Shown piece after piece: positions 22,801 to 35,258 of a DNA stretch of 64,000 bases. How positions within the stretch are numbered: position 1 is the stretch's first letter; each line of letters starts with the position of its first letter. The notes beneath the pieces are model-generated. The model did not search any database, had not been told where the DNA came from, and saw only the letters and a list, made by a program, of their open reading frames with translations. A program made the translations under genes and the position numbers. The DNA is from Pocillopora damicornis (taxonomy: Eukaryota), in the NCBI RefSeq assembly GCF_003704095.1, contig NW_020845300.1, forward strand, positions 496,001-560,000, read 5' to 3'.

Positions 22801-25750
22801 ATTTGGCGTTTTCGTTCTCTAGGATTACCTAACAAAAAGTTGTGAAATTATTCACGGTTATTGTATATACCTCTCGGTTAAAAAAATGTAACAATCAATG
22901 GCACAATTCAGAGGGTTAGTGTTGTTTCTTTTTAAAACAGTAAACAAAAAATATTAAGTAAAGGAGAGGTGATTGAGAATGAGGAAAAAAATTCATTAAT
23001 TTGTGACAGATGACAAGTTCAAAGCTACAGACCATAGAATATTAGTGCTGCAGCAAAACTAATGATAAAACATGAACATCAGAAACATTATTTAATCCTG
23101 GTGAAGCTTAATTCTCTGATTCGATCTACCAGAAAAATATTGATAAAGAAATAAAAGTTAAATTAAGCTATACATGCAAAGCTGCGATAAAATGTATAGA
23201 ACATACCTTTAAGGTGTTAACTCTGTTTTTCTCAGCAGCCAAAAAAATTGCAGTTTTATCATGGATGTCCTTTACTTGTAAATCTGCACCTTCANNNNNN
23301 NNNNNNNNNNNNNNNNNNNNNNNNNNNNNNNNNNNNNNNNNNNNNNNNNNNNNNNNNNNNNNNNNNNNNNNNNNNNNNNNNNNNNNNNNNNNNNGCCTCA
23401 CTTTCAGTATTCCGGTCAAATTACTTGAATCTTAAGCTGTTAAAATATCTGTAAAGTTTTTCAAACAAAGGATATTTCAAAATTTCTGTAATTCTAGTTT
23501 AAAGCAAGTTTATCAGAAAGAAGACCAAGGAAATAACTCTTATGGAGTTGTGAGTCTCACTGAGCACTTCCAACTCTCTACCCATAATTAGCGCGTACGA
23601 AAACAAGTTTTAGTCGAGGTGAGCTTGACAAAAAATAAAGAAATTTTTCTCCCAGCGCAAGCAACCTTGGGCACCAAACGACTGGTAACCTCTGGACTCA
23701 TGGTATTTCTACACACCTAGCATCCACTTCAGCTCCTTTTTCTAACAGAGCCTTGCAGCACTTTATGTGACCTTCTATGGCTGCCAAGTGAAGGGCTGTG
23801 TTTGATGCTTCATCTTCATCATTTATAATGGTAGGATCACTCTTTATCAGCTCGAGAACAGTCCTAGGAGAGGGAAGATCGTTATCATTTCAATTCAGAG
23901 CAATTTTTAATTGAGTGTCAAAAGTGATCTAACACTGAATTGATTTTGTCTCACTTCACCCTGTGATTGGTCCAGAAAGCTCGCGCCACTCTGTCAACCA
24001 ATCACATGTAAAACTAAAACCAATCATGACTTGTTCACCCGCGTTTTCCTGCGCCTTAGGAAGTTTGCTTGTTTTCAATTTGATTGGCTTTTAAAGGCTT
24101 TTTTTCCCCTTCTGATTGGCTATAGTGGTTCCTTTGGTTTTGGTTTTACACACTCAAAAAAACACAAAAAACTCTCTACAATAACAAATATATTTACTTA
24201 AACCACAAAAGTTTCACATTGTGTGCCACAGTGTCTGTGAAAAAATCCATGCTTTCAAAAGAGCAACCTCGATAACAACAATAGTTGTACAATTGTATTT
24301 AAAACAAGCATAACAAAATATAGTTATTCCAAAGAAATATATTCCAAGTAAAACTTACAAATTGAACAAATTTTGACTGTCAATTAGCAGATAAATTGAT
24401 GTGTGTATACCTTATTTTTCCATTTTTTGCAGCCAGATGCAGAGGGGTGTTCTCATCTTCATTTCTTGCATTTATCTTTGCTTTATTACCCAACAATGCC
24501 TATTCAATGTTGTGAAGAGTCATCATAAAAAATGTTGAAAAGAAAATCAACATTAAATTAATAACACCTGCATCACAGTTAGATCACCAAACTGGATACA
24601 TGATATACTCCTACCTACACAGGTGTGGTCTACACTTAACAGAGTGGAATTAACAGAGACTACACAGCCCAAGTAAGAGAGCTTTTTCAAATAATATAGT
24701 ACAAAAATGATAAACTAGTCAATCCAAAATGTAAGTAAATGTCAGTTAATGTTTCAGGCTACACACTGAGCTTAGCCTCACCTGAACAACAGAGGCATAG
24801 CCATTCATAGCAGCAACGTGGAGTGGAGTGTTTTCATACCTATCACACTCATTGATCAAAGCTTTGGCATTTTCATTCTCAAGGATAACCTAACAAAAAG
24901 TTGTAAAATTATTCACAGTTATTTTATACACCTTTAGGTTAAAAAAAGTAAAAATCAATGGCACAATTCAGAGGGTTAGTGTAAATTGTTTCTTTTTAGA
25001 AGAGTTAACAAAAAATGTTAAGTAAAGGAGAGGTGAGAATGAGGAAATATTCATCAACTTGTGGCAGATGACAAGTTCAAAGCTTTAGATCATAGAATAT
25101 TAGTGCTGAAGCACAACTGATGAAAAAACACAAATATCAGAAACATTTCATAATAACTGTTCTTTTGTTATGACAGAGAGTTATCTGAATGAAAATCAGG
25201 CATGATGCAACTGAACTGGTACATGATGCATTAATCATAATCGTACATGTAAAGCAGTTGTTAAATATGGTTTTGAAGTTCACCTGCATTTCGTGATCTC
25301 TATTTTGTCATAATAATATCATAATAAACAGCCCAGTCCCCAGGTAATCCCGGTGTGGCACGATAATTCTCTGACTCTAACAGCAAAATACACGTATATA
25401 GCAATAAAAGTTAACATAGGCTATAAATGCAAAGCTGCAATAAAATGTAAAGAACATACCTTTAAGGTGTCAACTCTGTTTTCCTCAGCAGCCAAGAAGA
25501 TTGCAGTTTTATCATGAATATTCTTTACTTGTAAATCTGCACCTTCACGTAACAGTTTTGACACAACATCTGTATGTCCTTCTGATGCAGCAACCAACAA
25601 TGGAGTGTAGTTATCCTTGTCAAGGCAATCAATATCAGCACCTCTGTACCAAGAGAAAGATTTAAATTGTTCTCATTTAAGTTGGGTTTCTTGGAGCCTA
25701 CTGGTACATTTATTGTTCAAAGTAATTTAACCTAGTGCAATCAGACAAAT

Positions 25751-25781
<31 letters not shown>

Positions 25782-28700
25782 CTAAAATATAAAATATTAA
25801 CTAAAGCTATACTATGTCCAGCAGGCACAGGTCTCTGCTATAACACACACACACTCAGCCTCAAATTCTGACACACTGCAAAAGTTAGCTTCCTTCTGTA
25901 TTGGGTATCTGAAATTAAGTGGTGACTTATCCCTGACAGGTATTTCAAGCTTTTGGCTACTTCCTCGTCACCTTTGTCTCTATCTGCTTTTCTCTTCTAC
26001 TGATAACTAAATACACTGCCTAACCTTCCTAACTTGACCTGATGTCACTTGAACTTCTCACAAACTTGAACTCAAAACCATTTCCATGACAAGCTTCTAC
26101 TGCATATTCAGGTAATACACATCAGATAAATGAGTTCCTGCCACATGCAAAGGAGCTGTAACAAACTGGAGGAATCCTGACTCAAATACATTGTGCCATT
26201 AATGACAATGACCCTTCAATGCAGATATAAGCCAAACATAACATTAAAATTTCTTTAAATGACCCAATTTTAACTATCATGCTGATTACTACTCCAGGGG
26301 ATTATTATCAAGATATGTATGTTTGGATGCAGAATTTCCTTCAGTTTAAAACTTTGTCACAGTTAATGGTAATAAATGTAGACCTGAGAAACAGCAAAAT
26401 CAAAATTACTGGTTTGGAGAAGTTTTCACCAAGGAAATATGAAACACAACATGTGCGAAGGCAAGTTGACAGTCTCAACTCAATACTTGATCCTCAATAC
26501 TTGAAACTATAGAGAATTGAGAATCAAGAATTGAGGCTTGAGTATCAAGTATCAAGGATCAAGAATCAAGGATCGAGACACTTGAAGAACTTTTACATCT
26601 GTTAACCTTTCTAAGTCTTACTTTTCAAGAAGAAAAGCCACCATAAAAATCTTATTAAAGGCAGCAGCCTTGTGTAATGGTGTCTCATGGTTCGCATTCC
26701 TTGCTTCAATCTTGGCCCTATGAGCTACCAATAATTTTGCAATGTCAACATATCCGTTGATGGCAGCAATGTGTAATGGCTGTGCAAGGTTACCCCGTCT
26801 TGCTTTCACCTTTGCTCCTTTCTTCAAACAAATTTCAACAATATCAATGTAACCACCTTCCACTGCAGAATGAAGTGCTGTTTCACCTTCCCTATTTCTG
26901 TCCTCTAACATATCAAGTAGATCACCCTTTCTTTCTGCATACTCAAATAGAAGTTTAACAGTCTCTGGATTCCCATCAGTGCAGGCGAAATGAATTGGTG
27001 TCATTCCCTCATAATCCTTTTCCCTCGAATCAGATCCTGCTTCCAGTAATGCCTCAACAATTTCCACATTACCTTCAGTGGCAGCACAATGAAGAGGTGT
27101 GGATCCACTGGCATCTGTCGCCTGTCAGTATGAAAGATATAGACACACAATAATTTACAACTTTTGGTCACATAGAACTTTATGTTTACAAGAGGTTGTG
27201 TCTTACAAGCCAAGTGGCATAAACTGTCAAAACTGATCAATTCCAACACTTTAACTCCAAGTAATCTTCTTCCACATTTGTCTATTAAGGTACACAACAT
27301 AAAAAAACAAAAAACTCACATCAACATTTATCCCATCACACTTCAACAGTTCTTTTATAGCAGTTACATTGCTTTTTGATGCTGCATAATGAAGAGGGGT
27401 GCTTCCATAAGAATCTTTAACATTGACATCTCCTTTACATTCATTCACAAAAAACTGAATTAGAGATTCATCTGCTGAAGGAACCTGTAAGAAAACATTT
27501 CAGGGTGAATTCACAATAATTAAAACTGATAAATATGCCAGTATTTATAAGTTTGATCATGTGGTGTGCTCATCCTAAGAAAAAGACTATTCACTTCAGA
27601 GGTGAGTTTACTTCAACAACCTTGCTTCTTCTTTTACACTTAATAAACTGGTTAAACCTGTATTAGAGCCAATTGGCTCACCCTGCTTGAAGTTATCCCA
27701 GTTTCCTTAGCATCTAACAACAAGAAGTATCACTACTCCCCCCTGGATGGGATGTTTGTTGATACCCCTCAGCATTTCATCAAGTATCCCTGACCATTTA
27801 CACTCCTGGGTGAAAAGGAACTGACAGTATGTGAATAATTAATTTTTTGCCCAAGAACCACCAATGACTGGTCACTGATTTTGTCTCATCCATAAACCCA
27901 GTTTCACTTGAGGCAGAGTGGATTATACACATTTTCAAAACTCATTTCAACTCTATATTCTTGTTGAACTTGCTTGACACCCACAAATATCAAGATTTTG
28001 ATTTTTTTCAGATATTCACAGAAAATTCAATGTTAGAGGTTATTTTTTGGAATCTTTGTCTTTCATTCTATTGATAAGCATGAAGTTTATAAATAAGTTA
28101 TAGCAAAAATAAAAGTAATTATGAAACACCAAGAGTGCATGTGCATGTGCTCGTGTACATATGTTGCAGTTAAAACATGAATGGCAGGTTGAAAATTATA
28201 TCTAAAAATGCCAGAGTTTGATTTGAAATTGATTAGTGAAACAATTGAAAGTTGAAATTAAACTTAACAGTAAGTGGCAAACGTAATTAGCATGCCTCCC
28301 TTGCTTAGGTTTTAGACAATTTTAAACATACAGCCATAAATGTAAATAAAACACTACATATTAGTTAAGAGTAGCTATAGTCCCCCAAACAATTTGACAA
28401 TAATGAAACAATTAAAAAATCATAATGGATTCTGATCTCTCTTTCATCTCTGTTTTTCAACTTTTTTAACCACTTCACTCACATGATTTTTTTGACATTA
28501 TCAATCCTTCCCATATGTAAAGAATATGATGAACTGAACAGAGCAATTGATGAAGGACTAATGCTCAAAATATCAGCCTGAATTGCCCTGTTATACTCTC
28601 CACCCAAGCAGCACCAAAGTTTCTTTAAAAACTTAAGATATTGTCATATCATTTTTACCACCTGGATATTGTAGCTTGTTTGCTTAAAAAAAGGCTTACA

Positions 28701-31700
28701 ATGTCATGGGGGGGTCACGGACACCCCAGGAACCCTTTCTGGCTATGCCCTTCTACAAGATGTTTGCCACTCACTGTTCATCACAAAAATTTTCCCCAAA
28801 ATTCCTTTGATTCAACTACAACATATACTCTTCAGACCTGTGACATAGCTTGGTTCACTTCTCCGAGACTATTGGAGCTGATGGCATGTGTCAGAGGTGC
28901 AGCTACAACACCTATATTAGTTTCTACTACCCCATCAGGAACTGTTCCATTTTCACCACCAGCAATCACTTGTGACACTTGTCTACTGGCAGATGGGCGA
29001 GATAAGTTTGCTCGAAATCTTGCAGCATAATGCAAGGGAGATGCTCCATCTTCTCCAGAGATGTCAATAACTATCAAAAAGATAACATTTGGATAAGAAC
29101 CTACTTGTTAGAGCAGGGGCATAGATAAAGAAGTCTTAAAGCGCTTAACCCTTTAACTCCCAGTAGTGATTAACGTGAACCTTCTCCCTAAATATCCATG
29201 CATTATTCAGCAAAACAGATGATCAGAATACTCAAACTTATCAGGTAGAAGCTACTATCTTGATCTAGCACTAAGCTCTCATTACTAATTTACAAGGAAA
29301 TGTGCAGCTGCTAGAGGGTAGAATTAACAATCAGATCTTGGGAGTTAATGGGTTAAGACCTACACCCCCTATTTAGCAATAATTATTTGTGAAAGGCAAA
29401 GTGAATATTGTTATATTATTCAACAATATTCACTTCCCCTTCTACGAATAATTGGTCTTGGTATACTGTAATTGCTGTAGGTGCTTTCAAATTCTATTGT
29501 AAATGTTCACTCTGATGTTCTGTTTCAATAGTTTGATTACTTACTTACCACTAGTATTTAATGAGTTCATTTAATACATTCAACTAGAAACTTCAGATTG
29601 TTCTTTTGAAAAGTGTTACTCCACACTAATACAAAGTAGTTAAACTTATAACAGCACCTTCTGTGCTTTTGGTATCCAATTTCCTTTGTTGCATTCATCA
29701 GTTCTTAATTAACACTGGTGAGGAGGGTATTTTTAAATTTAGCCTCCTATGATAATCACCATTTGTGATGTGATTATAGCAAGATACATTGCAATCCTCA
29801 ACCAATCAGAGTGCATGCATCTCTAATTACCAGTGAGAGCAATTACACAAATGTAAGATAATTCTTTCTTACAGTGCATCAGTAACACACAAAGAGTATA
29901 CTTTAGGTCTGTGAAAACGTAAGCGGAGGACAATATGCGCTTTTCAATCAAAGTAAAGTTCAGAACATGAAAAGAAAACTCAAAACTCCAAAGTGATTGC
30001 CGTTGCTATTTGAAGTAAGTCTTCTCATGCATGATCATCTTTATCCTTGGAAAACAATAACATTCCCTCAAAGCTATTAGTGTTTACAATTTCATGGTAA
30101 TTTCCAAAATTTCAATATGTTCAAGCTCCTAATACTATTCATTCCCTTGTGGATTATTTTGCAAGATTAGGAGTTTTACAGATCCTCATGCTATTCCAAG
30201 CATAAACAAGTTAATTACTTATAAAATAATTACCCGCTCCAAGCTCTACCAACAATTTGACAACCTCCACCTGTCCATATCGTACAGCATAGTGTAAAGG
30301 TGTGGTGTTGTCCTCATCTCTCTTGTTTACTAATTTTTGAAATCTTGCTTGGTTTTTCGATGCAAGTTTGGAAAGTCTTTGCTTGATGACATCAGTTTTA
30401 CCATCTCTTGCAGCCTGTAAATCAATCCAACACACTATAATAATGAAATTTAACCATATAATAATCTTAAGAAAAAATGAATAATTGGCAATATTAAGCA
30501 TTCTCCAATCCCAATCTTTTGTTCTGGCACTTTGTTTTCTACTTGCAGTTAAGGCCTTGGTTGACTTCCCTCAAAAGTTACAGATCAATTTGTACATGCT
30601 GAGCTTTAATTATTCAAAGGCTTAAAATTTTTTAAAACAGTTTGGCTTTTCTCTTTTTCAGTGCTCCCCCTTATTTCAAGCATGACAGGTTGTTTGAAGT
30701 TTCAAGAAAACCAAGTGATTGAGATGTAGAAGTCAAGTGTTAAATTTAAATGAGAGATAAGGAATTTAAGTTGGGTAACCGACTAACAGAGGTATACTCA
30801 GAAACAATCTTTTTACTCAGGTTTTCCTCAATATGGACATTTGTATTCTACAGACAGGCTCAATTCCCAAAAGAGCTTACAGTATCATTCACTAAAATAG
30901 CACAACTTTCACAGGAACCACTGAGCTTAAAATATACCAGCTCCTTTTCTAGAAAAGATTTGGAATATTCATCCTTTCCTTATCATATTTTAGAGGATTG
31001 AATAGTTTTTCTGCCTAACTAGTATGTTAACTCAGGCCTTTTAGAATCGGTGCACAATGTAATTGGATGTGGCAGGATGGCCAGTTTGTTTGGTCTAAGT
31101 GCTATTTGAGTGATTAGCATCAAATTCCTCCTTACTGTGTTAATGCTGACATAAACATTAAGGCCTTGATGATAAATGAAATGATTGCCAACTTATGATT
31201 TTCAAACCATTTCTTCTTCTCAGTACGTACCATAGGATGCATATTGTTTGACAGACAAGGGTTAAGCTTTAATTATGCACTGTTACAAAATATAAACAAT
31301 TTTCACCTAAGCAACTTTCCTTTGAGATCAAGGTGATGTTTGGCAATAAGTTAAAACACCTTAAATACCAAAATACCACAAAAGGGTCACAACTAGTAAT
31401 TCGCAACAATTCTGGAAAACACCCCCTTGAATGTCATACATAGAATAAAGTAACAAATAATCTGTTATCCTTAAGAAGCAGTAGAAATGCAATTAAAAGT
31501 GGGTGAAAAAATGCAGTATTTAGGTTGCTTGACAACTGAGTTGTCACTAAAAAATGTTCTTTAGTTAATATAAAAAGAGAGTTTATTTTCGCGGGTATAT
31601 AAATATGGTTTGGGCATGACACAACCCGAGCCGCGAAATGAGGGTTAAAACTCTAAGAACGACCTTACACACATTTATACTTTAGCACATTAAGTGTATT

Positions 31701-32631
31701 TCTACATGTATTATCATCATTTTGGAGAGTACCCAGAAAATAAAAACAGAAAAAAAAATTCCATAAGAAATAATCTATGCAGTGATAAACCGATGTTAAT
31801 TTTTAATGTCACATTTGTTGGCTTTGCATAAGACTCTCAACGTTGAATAGACAACATTATCTTTTTTTTTTATTGTATCATCAGTATAAATGAACAAAAC
31901 AAAAACAAAGACCTTGGAGGAAAAAATTACAAAGGAAAATTAGGTAAGAAGTTTTACGTAGCCTGAACAGAAGATTACACTCGACGGCTTGGTATGTTAA
32001 AAATGTTGAATTGATGTACTGCCACAATTATTATGTTTAAGTTCTTTCTTCGTTTGAGAATACTAATTTAAATAATAATACGGGCCGCTCATAGATCACC
32101 TGCTTTTCATGCAGCTCGAGTTTACACTTCCAGAAAAAAGTTAGGAAACTTCGTTAGAAGAGGTGAAATGTAATATTGTTCGTCAAGTTTGTTTGAAGTA
32201 TAATCCCTTGTTTGTTAATAGCGTAAAATCGTAAAATCGAACATCAAAAAGACAATTGAACAAAATATACTGAGGTGATTCATTGTTGTGAGGAACCTTC
32301 TAGCTAGACAATGATCAGTGCTATGAACGAAGGACGTATTTCTTTTCTGCTCAAGAAAGCTATAAAATTCAATCCGGTATAATCAAAATTTAATACTAAC
32401 AATTTACGTTTTTGGAACACAGCTTGCTTGCATGGAATTAATTAAGCTGAAAGTAGTAAAATTTCAAATACATAGTTTTACCTGATGAAGCGTAATGTGC
32501 GAAAAATCGTCGATGTCTGGGAGCTGTATTTCCGTTGCAGGTTGCACGGGCTGTGGGTTTACTTGAGTCATTTCTATCGGAGAGGTTCGATCGTAAACAC
32601 CTTCTCGATCTCCAACGAAAGTGTACGACAT
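7829..32631 (-). CDS. TRPA1: TRPA1-type ankyrin-repeat cation channel, copy A (20 exons, about 1208 aa)
   Basis: Exons: 32482-32631, 30234-30414, 28838-29070, 27320-27484, 26622-27121, 25460-25643, 24782-24889, 24411-24499, 23717-23863, 21487-21598, 20834-20970, (20261-20348 + 18436-18463, one exon split by the assembly), 17759-18036, 16933-17226, 15235-15356, 14784-14994, 13579-13758, 12802-12870, 11705-11872, 7829-8011. Phases are compatible and the total is 3627 nt. The product has a long TPLH ankyrin array, LLGHPLV...YKW pre-S1, six TM segments, pore MMIGEFDF, S6 [12 protein letters not shown] and a C-terminal coiled coil. Which gap-bounded contigs belong to A rather than B is inferred. 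Confidence 0.93.
8467..8649 (+). CDS. TRPA1: Last exon of second TRPA1 copy (B), on an inverted contig
   Basis: ttgtag|[60 protein letters not shown]. Open frame, 51/60 aa identical to 7829-8011. Confidence 0.85.
   Translation, partial: SSLEVLSDRTDELQESVLGMRNRLKTMQCDLEGLHKMLAGVVKKLDANVEGDDDEDDKLF
8987..10351 (-). pseudogene. Pseudogene copy of the 429-aa orphan gene
   Basis: Collinear reverse-complement match to 5517-6806 from ATG (10351) to TAA (8987). It is broken by a roughly 26-nt deletion near 10260, small frameshifts near 10025 and 9608, and a 106-bp internal tandem duplication (about 9710-9930). Confidence 0.92.
12055..12602 (+). repeat. Degenerate tetranucleotide satellite (TCAG/TCAA/TCCG)n in a TRPA1 intron
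   Basis: Directly visible. It contains a short inverted block at about 12308-12349. Confidence 0.9.
16162..16684. mobile_element. PIF/Harbinger-type MITE, 523 bp
   Basis: Terminal inverted repeats of about 40 bp (agccccgttcaaacggtcatgat... / ...atcatgaccgtttaaacggggct) flanked by a TAA target-site duplication (16159-61, 16685-87). Confidence 0.85.
17277..17460 (+). repeat. Polypyrimidine (CTTC/CCTT)-rich low-complexity tract
   Basis: Directly visible; intronic. Confidence 0.8.
18592..20011 (+). CDS. TRPA1: TRPA1 copy B exons 14 (3' part, <18592-18683) and 15 (19890-20011) on an inverted contig
   Basis: [30 protein letters not shown]|gtagga and cag|[40 protein letters not shown]|gtacgt. The intron is homologous to 15357-16932. 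Confidence 0.85.
18940..19444. mobile_element. Paralogous copy of the Harbinger-type MITE (same insertion site, copy B)
   Basis: Same inverted repeats, TTA flanks, and the same flanking intron sequence as 16162-16684. Confidence 0.8.
21699..23294 (-). CDS. TRPA1: TRPA1 copy B ankyrin exons 6 (part, 23207->23294), 7 (22721-22828), 8 (22335-22423), 9 (part, <21699-21800)
   Basis: Gap-bounded contig duplicating 23760-25547, with intact splice sites, the same exon lengths (108, 89) and amino-acid differences (e.g. DTSVHLAA vs NTPLHLAA). Confidence 0.85.
26470..26580 (+). repeat. Degenerate 7-mer tandem array (CAAGAAT/GAGAATT-like)
   Basis: gagaattgagaatcaagaattgaggcttgagtatcaagtatcaaggatcaagaatcaaggatcgag. 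Confidence 0.7.
29149..29352. mobile_element. TTAA-specific (piggyBac-like) MITE, 204 bp
   Basis: TTAA|ccctttaactccca...tgggagttaatggg|TTAA. The empty site (single TTAA) is at 38619-38622 in copy B. Older relatives lie near 750-975, 2410-2623, 3760-3975, 21145-21325, 47560-47768 and 62468-62672. Confidence 0.88.
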
Positions 32632-32860
32632 TTCTTTGCGGAGCCAAGGACACAACGATAATTACTAACTACAGCGAGACCAAGGACTGCAAGATACGCA
32701 AATAGAATGAAATTAGCAAGGCAGGCCCGATGTAACACAACACAACTTTAAGATGACTACTTCGCTTATGTAAATACTCACTACCTCTGTTACTCATCTT
32801 CCAAGGTTGTCAAGCATTTCTTAACTTTCAAGGCATTATGGGTCACGGTATTTTGGGTTG

Positions 32861-32868
32861 TGACGTCA
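32861..32868. promoter_or_regulatory. Palindromic CRE (TGACGTCA) 230 bp upstream of the TRPA1-A start codon
   Basis: Exact motif match in a plausible proximal position; function unproven. Confidence 0.3.
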
Positions 32869-34177
32869 AATCTTAGGCACGATCTCGCAGAAAACCCCGC
32901 TGCGAGGAGCTTTCCCTGAGCCGTCTAAAGATAAATTCTTTAAGAGATGAAGATAACAAATAATAACAAAACAAAAATGTAAAGAAGATGACTTTGCATC
33001 CAGTTTTATTTCAATCACTAGATTTGGTCCTTATCTACGTCAAAAAGCTGTGGTCAAGTGGTTTTCCGTCGTTTTAGTTTCAGGTGACTTCTAAAAATTT
33101 CCTTCTCCGCTAGAGTTCCGCGACACGTTACCCATAGAGGAAGCCATCGATTCTAGACTCATTAGCAAAGTATATTCAAGAATGAAGACACGTTTGGCCG
33201 CTGTCAGCGAACTTTTCTTAAAAGTTCAATTCACTCATATGAGGGGTGAAACATTTTAAATTTATTCAAGCACTGATTTTAGATCCGGTGCTCGAGGTAC
33301 TAATCACACAAACTACCCATCTTTTCGTTGATAGATGATTGTATTCTGTCTACTATTTTAGTTCCTGATCTTTTCAATATCGATTTTCATACACATTTTA
33401 CAGCTCTCTTCTGTTTATAATTTTCAGTGACGTCCATTTACGTCATCAGATATCGAAATATTGGCCTGAATTTGTGATAACGATCACGGATTTTTATTAT
33501 TCTGTAGTTTCAGAACGTCTCATACCTATTCAGCATTGCTAGTTCCGTCTTAGAACAATANNNNNNNNNNNNNNNNNNNNNNNNNNNNNNNNNNNNNNNN
33601 NNNNNNNNNNNNNNNNNNNNNNNNNNNNNNNNNNNNNNNNNNNNNNNNNNNNNNNNNNNNNNNNNNNNNNNNNNNNNNNNNNNNNNNNNNNNNNNNNNNN
33701 NNNNNNNNNNNNNNNNNNNNNNNNNNNNNNNNNNNNNNNNNNNNNNNNNNNNNNNNNNNNNNNNNNNNNNNNNNNNNNNNNNNNNNNNNNNNNNNNNNNN
33801 NNNNNNNNNNNNNNNNNNNNNNNNNNNNNNNNNNNNNNNNNNNNNNNNNNNNNNNNNNNNNNNNNNNNNNNNNNNNNNNNNNNNNNNNNNNNNNNNNNNN
33901 NNNNNNNNNNNNNNNNNNNNNNNNNNNNNNNNNNNNNATGTCTAACACCCATAGTTGGAACTAAGAGCGCGAAATTTCAGAAGATTCATACGACATACAC
34001 CTTCCAAACTCGATCGACAATTCTAACATTGCTCTTGTTCGCGGAAGATTCTTAATCATCTTTGGATCAATGCTATNNNNNNNNNNNNNNNNNNNNNNNN
34101 NNNNNNNNNNNNNNNNNNNNNNNNNNNNNNNNNNNNNNNNNNNNNNNNNNNNNNNNNNNNNNNNNNNNNNNNNNNNT

Positions 34178-35202
34178 GCAAGGAATAGAATAAATGGCGT
34201 CGGTTCGTTGTTCTTTCGTGACAGGATCGTTAGGTTTAGCGAAAATATGCCCCAAAGTCCGAAAAGGTTTTTTGAGCAACTTTAACGTTGTGGCTATTCA
34301 AAATTCTCTTGATGGGTTCCGTAACACCCTGAATGTAAGGAATAACAGCAAAACCAGTGGCTGGTTCCCTTTCATCAAGAGCATTACTGGTTGTAACTGG
34401 TTTTTGGCAGTTACGGAGAAAGGTTTTCGTATAGCCATTTGCCTTTAGGTCATTGGAAACATGTTTCCTCTCCTCAGCCTTCGAATCTAGTGAAGATGGT
34501 AGACAGTCAGCCCTCCTAAGTAAAGTTTTGGCTACAGACTTTTTATGGCAAATAGGGTGGTGAGAATCGAAAGCGAGGTATTTGTCGGTGTGGGTAGGTT
34601 TACAGTAGACACTTGTCTCTAAATTACCCTGAACCCCCTCTGGACACATTTAAATCAAGAAAGGGCAAACTTCTATCCTTTTCACGCTCAAGGGTGAATT
34701 GGATCGACGGCTCCACTGAATTCAAATGTGACAGGAGGCGCTTCGCTTCATTTCCGCGTATCCGATTTGGTACACGTTTAAAAGAGCATCAAAAAGCGGT
34801 TTTCTTTTGCAAAAAGGAAAATTCGGCTTTATCGGAGCACACATGCCTAACTAACCATACAATTGGATGGGATATTTCTAAAATTATCACCACTAATCGG
34901 CGTTACCACCAGCGCTTTTGTTTGGAGGCTTGGCATATTAACTCCGCCCACGCTCCTTTATGGCCGTTTGCTTCCTGACGCCTATTTACACCTCGTCAGA
35001 AAAAAGGCCGCTAATTAGTAATCATATAAAAGGACCTCCTGTTGCAGCGTTTAGATCACCCCTGATGAAGGCACTAGACAGGAGTGTCGAGACATTGGGT
35101 CTATGAATTGTAACTTCTTCGGTTTACATTCATTAAATCTGCAAAGCAGAGTAGCATCAAACCATGTCTGATTGTCCACCTGGTTGCCGTGTGAACTTTA
35201 AT
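34178..35202. mobile_element. Decayed Penelope-like retroelement (RT + GIY-YIG), 5'-truncated and 5'-inverted
   Basis: Minus 34178-34760 reads HLNSVEPSIQFTLERE...LPFLDL...VYCKPTHTDKYLAFDSHHPICHK...IPYIQGVTE...AIYSIPC, with two frameshifts. Plus 34765-34960 reads FGTRLKEHQKAV...SALSEH...CLEAWHIN, followed by a 3' tail with a hammerhead-like motif. Confidence 0.92.
35058..35100 (+). ncRNA. Minimal type I hammerhead ribozyme motif (mutated GAAA>GAGA) in the Penelope tail
   Basis: accc-CTGATGA-a-ggcac-loop-gtgtc-GAGA-catt-gggt. Stems I and II pair. Confidence 0.65.
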
Positions 35203-35258
35203 ATGAAATATGACACGTTTATATACTTTACATATCTATGAACCTTTCTTAATCTTAC

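Noticed and set aside
21699-23294. Tandem duplicated ankyrin exons as mutually exclusive alternative exons or an expanded ankyrin array
   Set aside because: The contig is bounded by gaps that cut exons at both ends, and it supplies exactly the exons missing after copy-B exon 5. Not formally excluded without long reads.
25751-26230. Possible LINE 3' remnant with (AAT)n tail in TRPA1-A intron 5
   Set aside because: Only a faint EYA-like peptide on minus; too degraded to support.
33539-33952. Long ORFs made of X residues (also at other gaps)
   Set aside because: Artefacts of N runs.
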